A stretch of DNA of 32,000 nt from Candidatus Atelocyanobacterium thalassa isolate ALOHA (GTDB taxonomy: Bacteria; Cyanobacteriota; Cyanobacteriia; Cyanobacteriales; Microcystaceae), in assembly GCF_000025125.1 (NCBI RefSeq), contig NC_013771.1, forward strand, positions 1,110,001 to 1,142,000. The letters run 5' to 3'. The notes below the pieces were generated by a model. The model did no database searches. It worked only from the letters and a program-made list of their open reading frames with translations, and was not told where the DNA came from. The translations under genes and the position numbers were made by a program. Shown here one piece after another: positions 1 through 7,910 of this stretch. Every line of letters starts with the position of its first letter. Position 1 is the stretch's first letter.

Positions 1-1212
1 CTGATATGATAAAAAACCTCCCAATGTTTGATATTCATCTATCAAAGGTAAGTTTAAACCTAATACATTATTGAGCTCTTCTAAATTTAATTGAGCCTCT
101 ATTAAAAAATTATTTTCATCAATTATTTTTAATATTTCCTTTTTTTCAGTTATATCTTCTGAATCATTACCTAGGATTTCTCCAATTACATCTTGTATTG
201 TAATTAGCCCAGATGTTCCTCCAAATTCATCTACTATAATTACCATTTTTAGTTGTGATCTCTGCATTAAAGATAATAATTCATCAAGAGGCATTGATTC
301 AGAGACAAACTTTACTGGTTTAACCCAAGCGCATAGAAAAGAGTTTGAACTCAACTCCCCCTGAGCTAAAGGTTCGGCAAGATCTTTGAAATCAATAATA
401 CCTAGAATATCATCAAGAGAATCACCTTTAATTGGGTAGCGAGAATGTCCAGTTTTAGTTACTTCTTCCAATAATTCTTCAAAAGTAGTAGTTTCTGAAA
501 CAGCAATTAATTGAGTACGAGGAACCATAACTTCCATTGTCGTAACTGTACCAAACTCAAATATATTTTTAAGCAGAGCTCTCTCTTGAGCTTCTAGACC
601 TGTTGATTCTCCTTCTGTAGATATGATTAATTGTAATTCTTCAGGAGTAACCTGACTGTACCTTTCTTGCCCCGTATACTGAATTCCAATGCTGCGTAAT
701 AAAAAACGTGTCGATTGATTTAAAATCCAAATAAAAGGATTAAATATCTGTGATATAACTCTAATTGAAGGTCCTAAGAATCTAGCTAGTTGTTCCGAGT
801 ACAACAAGGATAATGATTTAGGGCATAATTCTCCTAAAACAATCTGTAAATACGCCAAAAACAGAAAAGCACAAGGTATAGCAATGCTATGAGATAGGCT
901 TATACTAACAAATCTCGGCAATGGTGATTTTGTTAAGACTTCTATCACTAACTTGGCCATAACACTTTCTCCAACCCAGCCTAGGGCCAAACTGGATAGT
1001 GTTATGCCTAACTGTGTCGTTGAAAGCAAGCGATCAAGACTACGCTGCAAAGATTGAACTGTTTGAGCTTGAATATCTCCAGCCTTAACTAACTGACTAA
1101 TCCTTGATCTCCTAACCGAAACCATCGCAAATTCTGCAGTAACAAAAAATGCATTAATGGCTATAAGGAAAAAAACTGATAAAACCCGTATTAAAATATC
1201 TGAAGTTGACAT
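1..1212 (-). CDS. DUF21 / CBS-pair / CorC_HlyC-type membrane protein (hemolysin-like, CNNM/CorC family). The 3' end is cut off by the window edge.
   Basis: It is absent from the ORF track because it runs off the window. My reverse-strand translation from ATG 1212-1210 stays open to nt 1 (404 codons). It begins MSTSDILIRVLSVFFLIAINAFFVTAEFAMVSVRRSRISQLVKAGD (DUF21 signature). It continues with CBS-like ...MVIIVDEFGGTSGLITIQDVIGEI... and the start of a CorC_HlyC domain ...LIDEYQTLGGFLSYQ. Confidence 0.85.
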   Translation of the reverse strand, partial: MSTSDILIRVLSVFFLIAINAFFVTAEFAMVSVRRSRISQLVKAGDIQAQTVQSLQRSLDRLLSTTQLGITLSSLALGWVGESVMAKLVIEVLTKSPLPRFVSISLSHSIAIPCAFLFLAYLQIVLGELCPKSLSLLYSEQLARFLGPSIRVISQIFNPFIWILNQSTRFLLRSIGIQYTGQERYSQVTPEELQLIISTEGESTGLEAQERALLKNIFEFGTVTTMEVMVPRTQLIAVSETTTFEELLEEVTKTGHSRYPIKGDSLDDILGIIDFKDLAEPLAQGELSSNSFLCAWVKPVKFVSESMPLDELLSLMQRSQLKMVIIVDEFGGTSGLITIQDVIGEILGNDSEDITEKKEILKIIDENNFLIEAQLNLEELNNVLGLNLPLIDEYQTLGGFLSYQ

Positions 1213-1242
1213 ATATCAAATGTGATAACTTTTAAATAATTA

Positions 1243-1923
1243 TCAGATCACAGGAATATTATTTATATTGAGTTTAAGCTTTCTATCAGGATAATTAGTT
1301 AAACTTAGAGATAAAGTTCTACTTTTCTTAATAGAAAAATGAGGAATTCTTATCTCTCCCCTAAAAATATTACTCTTAGGTGGCAAGACTTCTGGAAGAC
1401 CTTTTATGGTTGCCCCAAGAGAATAATTCTTATCATCACGAATTTCTAAAGAACTATAAAGAAATTTAATTTTATCAGTCCCTTTATTTTGTAAATTAAT
1501 TTTCAAAAGCATTGCCTCACCTTCATTTAGGACCTCTTTTATTTCTAGTATTACTTCTCGATCCGTAACTTGCAAAGGTAAGCTTTTTGAAGTTTTATTA
1601 TGAATATTTTGAGTTTTGTCATCTTGAGATTCGTTTTTGTGGAAATTTACTAATTCTTTTTTTTGATTTGTATAATCATAAACCTTACTTAATACAGTTT
1701 TTTCGTCAATAGGCTTGAACTGAGTTGGTTGGGTGAATGTGTTGGAGTTATCCACCAATTTTTTACTAGGATTAGTATTTAATTGATTTACTCCTTTAAG
1801 GGCTTGAGAGCCTGCCTGATAAGCGAAATAAGCTCCCATGGTACCAGTACCTATAAGTACTGATAATAATACTGTAAGCCTTACCGTTGCATTTGTTTTC
1901 ATCTTGTTGATTGAATGATACAA
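1243..1923 (-). CDS. Hypothetical membrane-anchored or exported protein
   Basis: 226-aa ORF with an N-terminal hydrophobic segment (LTVLLSVLIGTGTMGAYFAY). The C-terminal half looks beta-rich (VILEIKEVLNEGEAMLLKINLQNKG..LEIRDDKNYSL) and recalls DUF4352-type Ig-like domains, from memory and unverified. Its stop lies 30 nt upstream of the DUF21/CBS gene start, so the two are probably co-transcribed. The true start may be Met8 (1902). Confidence 0.5.
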   Translation of the reverse strand: MYHSINKMKTNATVRLTVLLSVLIGTGTMGAYFAYQAGSQALKGVNQLNTNPSKKLVDNSNTFTQPTQFKPIDEKTVLSKVYDYTNQKKELVNFHKNESQDDKTQNIHNKTSKSLPLQVTDREVILEIKEVLNEGEAMLLKINLQNKGTDKIKFLYSSLEIRDDKNYSLGATIKGLPEVLPPKSNIFRGEIRIPHFSIKKSRTLSLSLTNYPDRKLKLNINNIPVI

Positions 1924-2017
1924 AATTCTTCTTGATTATAATAATTTAGTTGAACAGTTACACAAATATTTTTATCTATTCACTATTGCGCTATAATATG
2001 TTAGCTTTAAATTAATC

Positions 2018-2090
2018 CCAGGGTTGGCCGAGCGGTTGAGGCAACGAACTCATAATTCGTGCAAGGCAGGTTCAACTCCTGCACCCTGGA
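2018..2090 (+). tRNA. tRNA with a CAU anticodon, most likely tRNA-Ile2 (lysidine-modified) rather than elongator or initiator tRNA-Met
   Basis: I folded a 73-nt cloverleaf by hand. Acceptor stem CCAGGGT/ACCCTGG (7 bp) with discriminator A. D arm GCC-GAGCGGTTGA-GGC. Anticodon stem ACGAA/TTCGT with loop CTCATAA (anticodon CAT). Variable loop GCAAG. T arm GCAGG-TTCAACT-CCTGC. No CCA is encoded. It lacks the initiator hallmarks (a 1:72 mismatch and three G-C pairs in the anticodon stem). The D arm (GCYGARYGGTTRARGC, with G13/A22) and the TTCAAYT T loop resemble plastid and cyanobacterial trnI-CAU as I remember it. A TATAAT hexamer lies at 1992-1997. Confidence 0.9.
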
Positions 2091-2221
2091 CTAAACAAGA
2101 TATTTTAATCAGATACCGTTTAAAACAATAATAAAGTAAATATTTTAAAATCTTATCTTTCTTGAAAATTTAAATATCTCTGACATCTATTTCATTTAAT
2201 ACAATTATAAGAACACGTTTT

Positions 2222-2923
2222 TTAAAATTCTCTTACTACAGGAACATCCTCAATAATTTCACCTATCAAAATCAAATCTGCCACGTCAACAAATAAGCCA
2301 TTATCTAAGACACCTGGAATATTGTTAATTATTGCTTCTAAACTTTTTGGATCATTAACATAGTCAAATTTAGTATCAATTATCAAGTTGCCTTGGTCTG
2401 TAACAACTGGTCCAGCTTTTTTGACACCCATTCGTAAATCAGGACTACCTCCAAGTTCTTTTAATTGTCTTATTACTGGGGTAAGAGCTTTAGGTATGAC
2501 TTCAACTGGTACTGGAACAGTAGAGCCTAATTTATCTACCATTTTATTGCCATCAACCACTACAATAAATTTTTTAGCAAGACTATCAACAATTTTTTCT
2601 TGAGTGTGAGCAGCGCCACCGCCTTTGATGAGATTTTTATATGGATCAACTTCATCTGCTCCGTCAATTGCAATGTCGATGTGATCTACCATGTCTAGAG
2701 TGCTAAGAGGAATATTATATTGTTTAGCTAAAACTTCTGCCTGGAACGAAGTCGGAATACCTACTATGTTTTTCAAGGTACCAGATTGCAAGCGTTTTCC
2801 AATATGCTCTATTGCGTAAGCGGTTGTGGATCCTGTTCCTAAACCGATAATTGAATTAGATTCAATATATTCAGCGGCAGCTTTCCCAACTTGTTGTTTC
2901 ATAACTATTATTGGATCAGTCAT
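2222..2923 (-). CDS. rpiA: Ribose-5-phosphate isomerase A
   Basis: 233 aa with RpiA motifs GLGTGST, DGADEVD and [11 protein letters not shown]. Length is typical. Confidence 0.95.
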   Translation of the reverse strand: MTDPIIVMKQQVGKAAAEYIESNSIIGLGTGSTTAYAIEHIGKRLQSGTLKNIVGIPTSFQAEVLAKQYNIPLSTLDMVDHIDIAIDGADEVDPYKNLIKGGGAAHTQEKIVDSLAKKFIVVVDGNKMVDKLGSTVPVPVEVIPKALTPVIRQLKELGGSPDLRMGVKKAGPVVTDQGNLIIDTKFDYVNDPKSLEAIINNIPGVLDNGLFVDVADLILIGEIIEDVPVVREF

Positions 2924-3053
2924 CTATTACCTCCTTTAAATTTAAAGTTTATTAAATTCTGCTTTTGAATTTTTTACATTAAATGAACGATAGGGGATGA
3001 GGCAGGCTTTAGCTAATTAATCCATCCCTTATTTATCATTTATCTATTACTCT

Positions 3054-3509
3054 CTAATTTTTGGAAGATGAAGATGTTGCCAGTATTTGTTTTAATTGAG
3101 CCAATTGATCTGCCCAACGAGGATCGGGTTGAAAGCCTTCATTCCCAGAGTTTCCTGATATCTGAGTCCTGTTATCACGTTTTTTGTTAGTGCTTTTTTT
3201 AGCTCTAGTAGGTGCAGGTTTAATATCAGTGCTTTCATCTGAGGAATCTTTCCCTTTAGCTCTTGGAAGAGCTTTTTCAATTTTAAGAGGATTTTCCATA
3301 AAAGATTGACCATTATATTTTTCAATAAACGCATCTGCTAATTCATCTGTCAGAACAGTAACAAACGCGAAACCCCGACACTTACCTGTCTTACGTTCTT
3401 TGATAACTTTAATCGAAATAGTTTCGCCGGCATCAATAAACAATTCTTCTAGAGTTTGACGTTCAATATTTTCTTTAGGCAAATTACCTACATATAAGCG
3501 AATAGACAT
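3054..3509 (-). CDS. RRM-type RNA-binding protein of the cyanobacterial class that lacks a Gly-rich tail (Rbp3-like)
   Basis: 151 aa. The N-terminal RRM has RNP2 (IRLYVGNL) and RNP1 (CRGFAFVT). The C-terminal tail is K/S/T-rich and ends in a PDPRWADQLAQLK motif, which is typical of non-glycine-rich cyanobacterial Rbps. Confidence 0.85.
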   Translation of the reverse strand: MSIRLYVGNLPKENIERQTLEELFIDAGETISIKVIKERKTGKCRGFAFVTVLTDELADAFIEKYNGQSFMENPLKIEKALPRAKGKDSSDESTDIKPAPTRAKKSTNKKRDNRTQISGNSGNEGFQPDPRWADQLAQLKQILATSSSSKN

Positions 3510-3807
3510 TTTAGAATGTACCTCCAGTAATTGAGTTGATGAAATTTTTAGTTAGCTCTCGTTCTGAGGGCTATATACTTTAGACCTAAGCAGATTAGAA
3601 AAATAATTTTTTCATAATCTTTTATGCTATTGGTAAGATTTGATTTTTTTAATGTGGACCTATTTTCTTCAAAACTAATTTTCCTTGAACAAAGTTAATG
3701 TATCCAAATAGATTACCAAAACCTGATTTAATTTCATTTATTAACAAATGTAGATAAAACAGATACTACTTTTCTAGATTATTACAGATTCTATAGACGA
3801 TTCGCCA

Positions 3808-3864
3808 AATAATTAGAAAAAAATAGAAAAAGTTCTAAGTGATTTTTATTTTTTTCTAATTATT
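3808..3864. repeat. Perfect 18-bp inverted repeat (A-rich arm and T-rich arm), extendable to about 22 bp with one G-T pair
   Basis: Arm 3808-3825 aataattagaaaaaaata is the exact reverse complement of 3847-3864 tatttttttctaattatt. Positions 3826-3829 can additionally pair with 3843-3846. It lies in the 961-bp rbp/hemC spacer. Confidence 0.8.
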
Positions 3865-3924
3865 GAGTAAGCAATATTTTTTAGTAATTATTTTTCAACT
3901 GATCATTTAAGTTATTAAACTAAT

Positions 3925-3954
3925 ATATCTTCAATTATTGATAATTGAAGATAT
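3925..3954. repeat. Perfect 14-bp inverted repeat with a 2-nt loop, followed by a T-rich stretch on the + strand
   Basis: atatcttcaattat (3925-3938), tg, ataattgaagatat (3941-3954), then tttaattttt. It looks like a terminator, but no + strand gene lies upstream. Confidence 0.75.
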
Positions 3955-4470
3955 TTTAATTTTTATATAAAGATTTCTAAAATTTATATTAGTAGAATTT
4001 ATATATATATTTAGTTTGTGCTAATTATTAACAATAAATATCGAAATTAGTTTGTAAATAAAATCCATAGGAAGCATATCTGAAAAAGGTTTCCCTACTG
4101 GCGAATAAATCTAGCATTATTTTTTTATAATCTACCCTAGCAATCACTATCATTTAAAAGTCTAATTTTTAAATAATAGCGTCTCATATTTTGTGAAGTT
4201 TTATGAATTCATTACTTTAAAAATTAATCAAAAATTACACTATATCCATCGACTTTATATTTATAATAAAGTGCTATAGATTGTTAAGCAATGATATCTT
4301 ACAAGACTATTTGTAGAATAGAAATCCATAAAATAGTCTTATATCGTTCTGTGTAAAGAAATATAAATTTTTTCACATATGATTATTCTTATCTATTCTA
4401 TGAACAAAGACTACGATAATCTGTACTCATCTAATTTTCATGATTACGTTCAAATAATAACTTATTCTTT

Positions 4471-5427
4471 ATGGTTGTTTCTAATCGTTTAATTCGCATT
4501 GGTTCTCGAAAAAGCCAATTAGCATTGGTGCAAACTTACTGGATACAAGAACAACTGCAAAAGCATTATCCTAATTATGAGTTTCAAATAGAAACTATGA
4601 GTACACAAGGAGATAATATTTTAGATGTTGCTCTTGCAAAAATAGGAGATAAAGGACTATTCACAAAAGAGTTAGAAGTAGCCATGTTGCAGAATCGAAT
4701 AGATTTTGCAGTTCATTCATTGAAAGATCTACCAACTAATTTACCAGAAGGTTTAATGTTAGGCTGCATAACAGAGAGAGAAAATCCTGCAGATGCGTTA
4801 GTTGTTAATGAAAAATATAAAAATAACAAATTAGATACTTTGCCAGAAGGATCTATTATTGGTACATCGTCTCTTAGAAGGTTGGCTCAACTTAGGCATC
4901 ACTACCCTTATTTAATTTTTAAAGATGTTCGTGGTAATGTTAACACTCGCTTGGCCAAGCTAGACGCCGGGGAATACGATGCTATTATTCTTGCAGCAGC
5001 AGGCTTGAAACGTTTAAACATGGATAATAGAATTCATCAAATTATTCCTGAAGATATTTCTTTACATGCCGTAGGGCAAGGTGCTTTAGGCATAGAATGT
5101 AGAGCAGCTGATTCTAGGATTTTGGAATTACTTGAAGTTTTAAAACATTCAGAAACTCATTATCGTTGCATGGGAGAACGTTCTTTTTTAAGAGCATTAG
5201 AAGGTGGATGCCAAGTACCCATTGGAGTTACTACTAAAATAGAATGTAATATCTTAACTTTAACTGGAATTGTAGCAAGCCTAGATGGAAAAACCATGCT
5301 GAAAAATACTGTTTCCGGTCATATGGAACAAGCAGAAAATTTAGGATATGAACTATCTGTATGTTTACGAGATGCAGGTGCGACAGAAATTTTAGACAAA
5401 ATATTTTCTGAAACTAGAATCCAATAA
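4471..5427 (+). CDS. hemC: Hydroxymethylbilane synthase (porphobilinogen deaminase)
   Basis: 318 aa. It has [13 protein letters not shown] near the N-terminus, plus SLKDLPT, GTSSLRR and the cofactor-binding [10 protein letters not shown]. Confidence 0.95.
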   Translation: MVVSNRLIRIGSRKSQLALVQTYWIQEQLQKHYPNYEFQIETMSTQGDNILDVALAKIGDKGLFTKELEVAMLQNRIDFAVHSLKDLPTNLPEGLMLGCITERENPADALVVNEKYKNNKLDTLPEGSIIGTSSLRRLAQLRHHYPYLIFKDVRGNVNTRLAKLDAGEYDAIILAAAGLKRLNMDNRIHQIIPEDISLHAVGQGALGIECRAADSRILELLEVLKHSETHYRCMGERSFLRALEGGCQVPIGVTTKIECNILTLTGIVASLDGKTMLKNTVSGHMEQAENLGYELSVCLRDAGATEILDKIFSETRIQ

Positions 5428-5941
5428 ATATGAATTTATTATTTATTAGAAACAGTATTAATATTACAAATGTTTTTTATAAGCCAAATAATTCTTTTTA
5501 TAAAGATAGAAGCATTATGTTTTATATGTTAATTAGCAGATGTTTTCTATGAATTAATTACGTAACTTAATTAACTTGCATTTTCTATCGCTTGAAGTAA
5601 ATAGTCATTTATTGATAAGCCTAAATGGGGATATTGTATGTTTCCAATAGCAGATAATTTTTACTTAAACGACTTCCTTTCATAGATATCAAAAAAATCA
5701 AAGCTTTCTTAGATATTACTTGTAAAAAAGATAATAAAAAAGTGTGCAATATTTAAAAAAATAGTTTTACACTAACGAATTAACAAGCATAACTTTAATT
5801 ACTCTAAAATCAATTTATATCTTTATGCTACGATAAACCAGGAATAAATAGTCTCTATAATTGAGAAACAAGTAAATATAAGAACTTTTTCTCGGAGATT
5901 ATAATTATTAATTTAGTTCTATTAAATATTATTTAAAAGAT

Positions 5942-6295
5942 ATGTCACAAGAAAAAGGAAAAGGGTTTGGATTTGGATTAGGAAAAATTAAGGAACTTCA
6001 AGAAGCATTTAAAAAAGCACAACAGGTTCAAGCTGGAGCACAACAACTTCAAGAAGAGTTAGAAAAAATGGGTATCGAGGGTTATAGTGACGAAGCGAAG
6101 CTAGTTACAGTAATCATTAGCGGGAACCAAGAACCTCGTCAAGTTATTATTAGTCCAGATGCTATGAATAATGACCCTAACGCTTTATCTGAACTTGTAA
6201 CAATGGCTATGAAAGATGCCTATAATAAATCAACTGAAACAATGAGGGAGAAGATGGAAGTTCTTACTAGTGGATTAAATTTACCTGGAATGTAA
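5942..6295 (+). CDS. ybaB: YbaB/EbfC family nucleoid-associated protein
   Basis: 117 aa. N-terminal helix [27 protein letters not shown] is followed by the ...[18 protein letters not shown]... core typical of YbaB. Confidence 0.85.
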   Translation: MSQEKGKGFGFGLGKIKELQEAFKKAQQVQAGAQQLQEELEKMGIEGYSDEAKLVTVIISGNQEPRQVIISPDAMNNDPNALSELVTMAMKDAYNKSTETMREKMEVLTSGLNLPGM

Positions 6296-6308
6296 TTTAA
6301 AATACATG

Positions 6309-6341
6309 GGAAGTTGGGCGAATAATTTTCTCCCAATTTCC
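6309..6341 (+). terminator. Probable intrinsic terminator of ybaB
   Basis: ggaagttggg (6309-6318) pairs with cccaatttcc (6332-6341). This gives 10 bp including one G-U, with a 13-nt loop, followed by ttaattt. It starts 14 nt after the stop codon. Confidence 0.55.
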
Positions 6342-6441
6342 TTAATTTAAATAATACCTAATTTAAAGAACTCATTATAAAAAATAGATCAATTGAGTTA
6401 TAAATAAGTTTGTTACTTAGTATTTTAAAACTAAAAGATAT

Positions 6442-6858
6442 TTATTTTTGAAGTCTTAGATTGTCTAGATGTTTTGTCCATTGTGCTGCTAAAGAAATCT
6501 CTGTGAAAGGAATTGTAATAGCAGATTTGTTTGAGTCAATAAAAACAAACTGTATTAATGCTTTTCCTCTGTTAGGTAATTTATCTAAAGTAGTAATATT
6601 GTTATTAATCAGTAACTGTATTGATTCAACATCATTTAACGAAAAATTGGACAAATTATCTGAAATAGTTCTTTTTGGGGTTCCCCAAGTTAGCTGTTTA
6701 TCTTTAAGTCCAATAATAGAGTAAATATCGTATTTAGACGTATCAAATTCGTTTGACCATACATTATAAGCTTCTAACTTTTTATATTCATTCCATCCGT
6801 TCCAAGTTAACCAGCTAAAGAATATAAGTAAAGGCGTCCACATGAGACCTTTTTCCAT
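6442..6858 (-). CDS. Hypothetical protein with an N-terminal Trp-rich transmembrane segment
   Basis: 138-aa ORF beginning MEKGLMWTPLLIFFSWLTWNGWNEYKKLEAY. Amino-acid composition is non-random. I do not recognise the family with confidence. Confidence 0.55.
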   Translation of the reverse strand: MEKGLMWTPLLIFFSWLTWNGWNEYKKLEAYNVWSNEFDTSKYDIYSIIGLKDKQLTWGTPKRTISDNLSNFSLNDVESIQLLINNNITTLDKLPNRGKALIQFVFIDSNKSAITIPFTEISLAAQWTKHLDNLRLQK

Positions 6859-7476
6859 TATTAAATTTCCCCATTATTACAAGATAGAGATACTTTAGAG
6901 TAATATATTGACATCTTTAGGAAGGTAGTTATTTCAATAACAGGAATACTCTCATAGTCTTAATGAGTAAACTTTATTATTAGAAACATCATTTTATAGG
7001 ATAGGATAATAAGCGTATTATGTATAGATATTCTGATTTAATAATGACAATAAACGTTATAGCTCTTACTTATTTTTCTAAACAAAAAAATCATTAATAC
7101 TGTATTCATAAAAATGATATTAGAAGAACATATTAAAAAATACTTTAAGTATGACTATTTAGTAATGATGCTAAATGTTAAAAAGAAAAGTGTTATTTAG
7201 TAAAAAGGTATCTAAGTCTTATTTATTGAATCAAGACATCATACTAATAATGGTTGCTAAAAATATGTATATCTATAGATAATTGAAAAATATTTTTTAG
7301 AATGCATAATTCAAAACTTAGCTTTTGTGTTAATTTATACAGTTTTAAATATCACAAGTTCTTCCTTAACATATTTCTGAAAAACTTAAATTATTAGTTA
7401 CAAAAGATAAATATTTCAGAAGGAAAATAGTTTACTAAAAATTAATGATTCTTATATTAAGATTACGGAAACTACA

Positions 7477-7803
7477 ATGAATAACTTAAAGAATGATATC
7501 AAATATATTGTAAATTTGATGAATATAATTATTATGAGCATTATTGCAATTATCATTCTTACCATTGGAATATCCAATCTTACCGAAAATCCTCAAAATC
7601 GTCTTATAAGGCAATTCGCAGAAAAAAAACTACGACTGTTTTCTAGAGGTTATAGTCTTGACACTATCAATTGTGATGGTGTTGATATTAACGATAATAA
7701 ATTTGTTAATTGTAGAGCGAGCAATAGAAAGCAAAAAATCATTTTACTAGAATGTCCCTATAGAGAAAAAGATAGTAGATGTAATTATTTATTAAAGAGA
7801 TAA
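7477..7803 (+). CDS. Hypothetical small membrane-anchored protein with four Cys in the C-terminal part
   Basis: 108-aa ORF with one hydrophobic helix (IIIMSIIAIIILTIGI) and a tail containing C66, C79, C93 and C102. A hairpin with a T tail follows at 7880-7900. I recognise no homology. Composition is AT-driven, so the coding status is uncertain. Confidence 0.35.
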   Translation: MNNLKNDIKYIVNLMNIIIMSIIAIIILTIGISNLTENPQNRLIRQFAEKKLRLFSRGYSLDTINCDGVDINDNKFVNCRASNRKQKIILLECPYREKDSRCNYLLKR

Positions 7804-7879
7804 TCAATGATTTTATATAAAATAGATTTTATTTTTAATTACAAATTTTTAAGTTCTATTTTTACCATATAAGTGGAGT

Positions 7880-7900
7880 AATAAGTAAAATACTTATTTT
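7880..7900 (+). terminator. Weak AT-rich hairpin with a T tail between the 7477-7803 ORF and the 3' end of slt
   Basis: aataagta (7880-7887), aaa, tacttatt (7891-7898), then tt.. The stem is 8 bp with a single G-C pair. Confidence 0.3.
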
Positions 7901-7910
7901 GATATATGTA

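Noticed and set aside
2388-2603. 71-aa + strand ORF inside rpiA
   Set aside because: It is a shadow ORF antisense to a confidently identified gene, and its Pro/Ser/Thr-rich sequence is nonsensical.
2991-3031. Hairpin taggggatg / catccctta, considered as a possible rbp terminator
   Set aside because: On the relevant minus strand the G-T pair becomes a C-A mismatch. That leaves only a 6-bp stem with a 23-nt loop and no U-tract, which is too weak to call.
3092-3334. 80-aa ORF overlapping rbp in another frame
   Set aside because: It lies on the same strand as the RRM protein gene but in an alternative frame. It has no independent signals, and its composition is low-complexity K/L.
4303-4340. 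10-bp inverted repeat aagactattt / aaatagtctt upstream of hemC, and a short (TA)n run near 4005
   Set aside because: They are short AT-only elements of a size expected by chance in about 1 kb of AT-rich spacer, and there is no supporting context.
5430-5558. 42-codon ORF starting 3 nt after the hemC stop (MNLLFIRNSINITNVFYKPNN...)
   Set aside because: Its composition (N/I/F/Y/K) is exactly what AT-rich non-coding DNA yields. It has no SD sequence and no recognisable family. I also checked the spacers for petN/petG/petM/psaJ/psaM-like peptides and found none.
6461-6724. 87-aa + strand ORF antisense to the 6442-6858 gene
   Set aside because: It is an antisense shadow ORF. The minus-strand product has the more protein-like sequence (Trp-rich TM segment, balanced composition).
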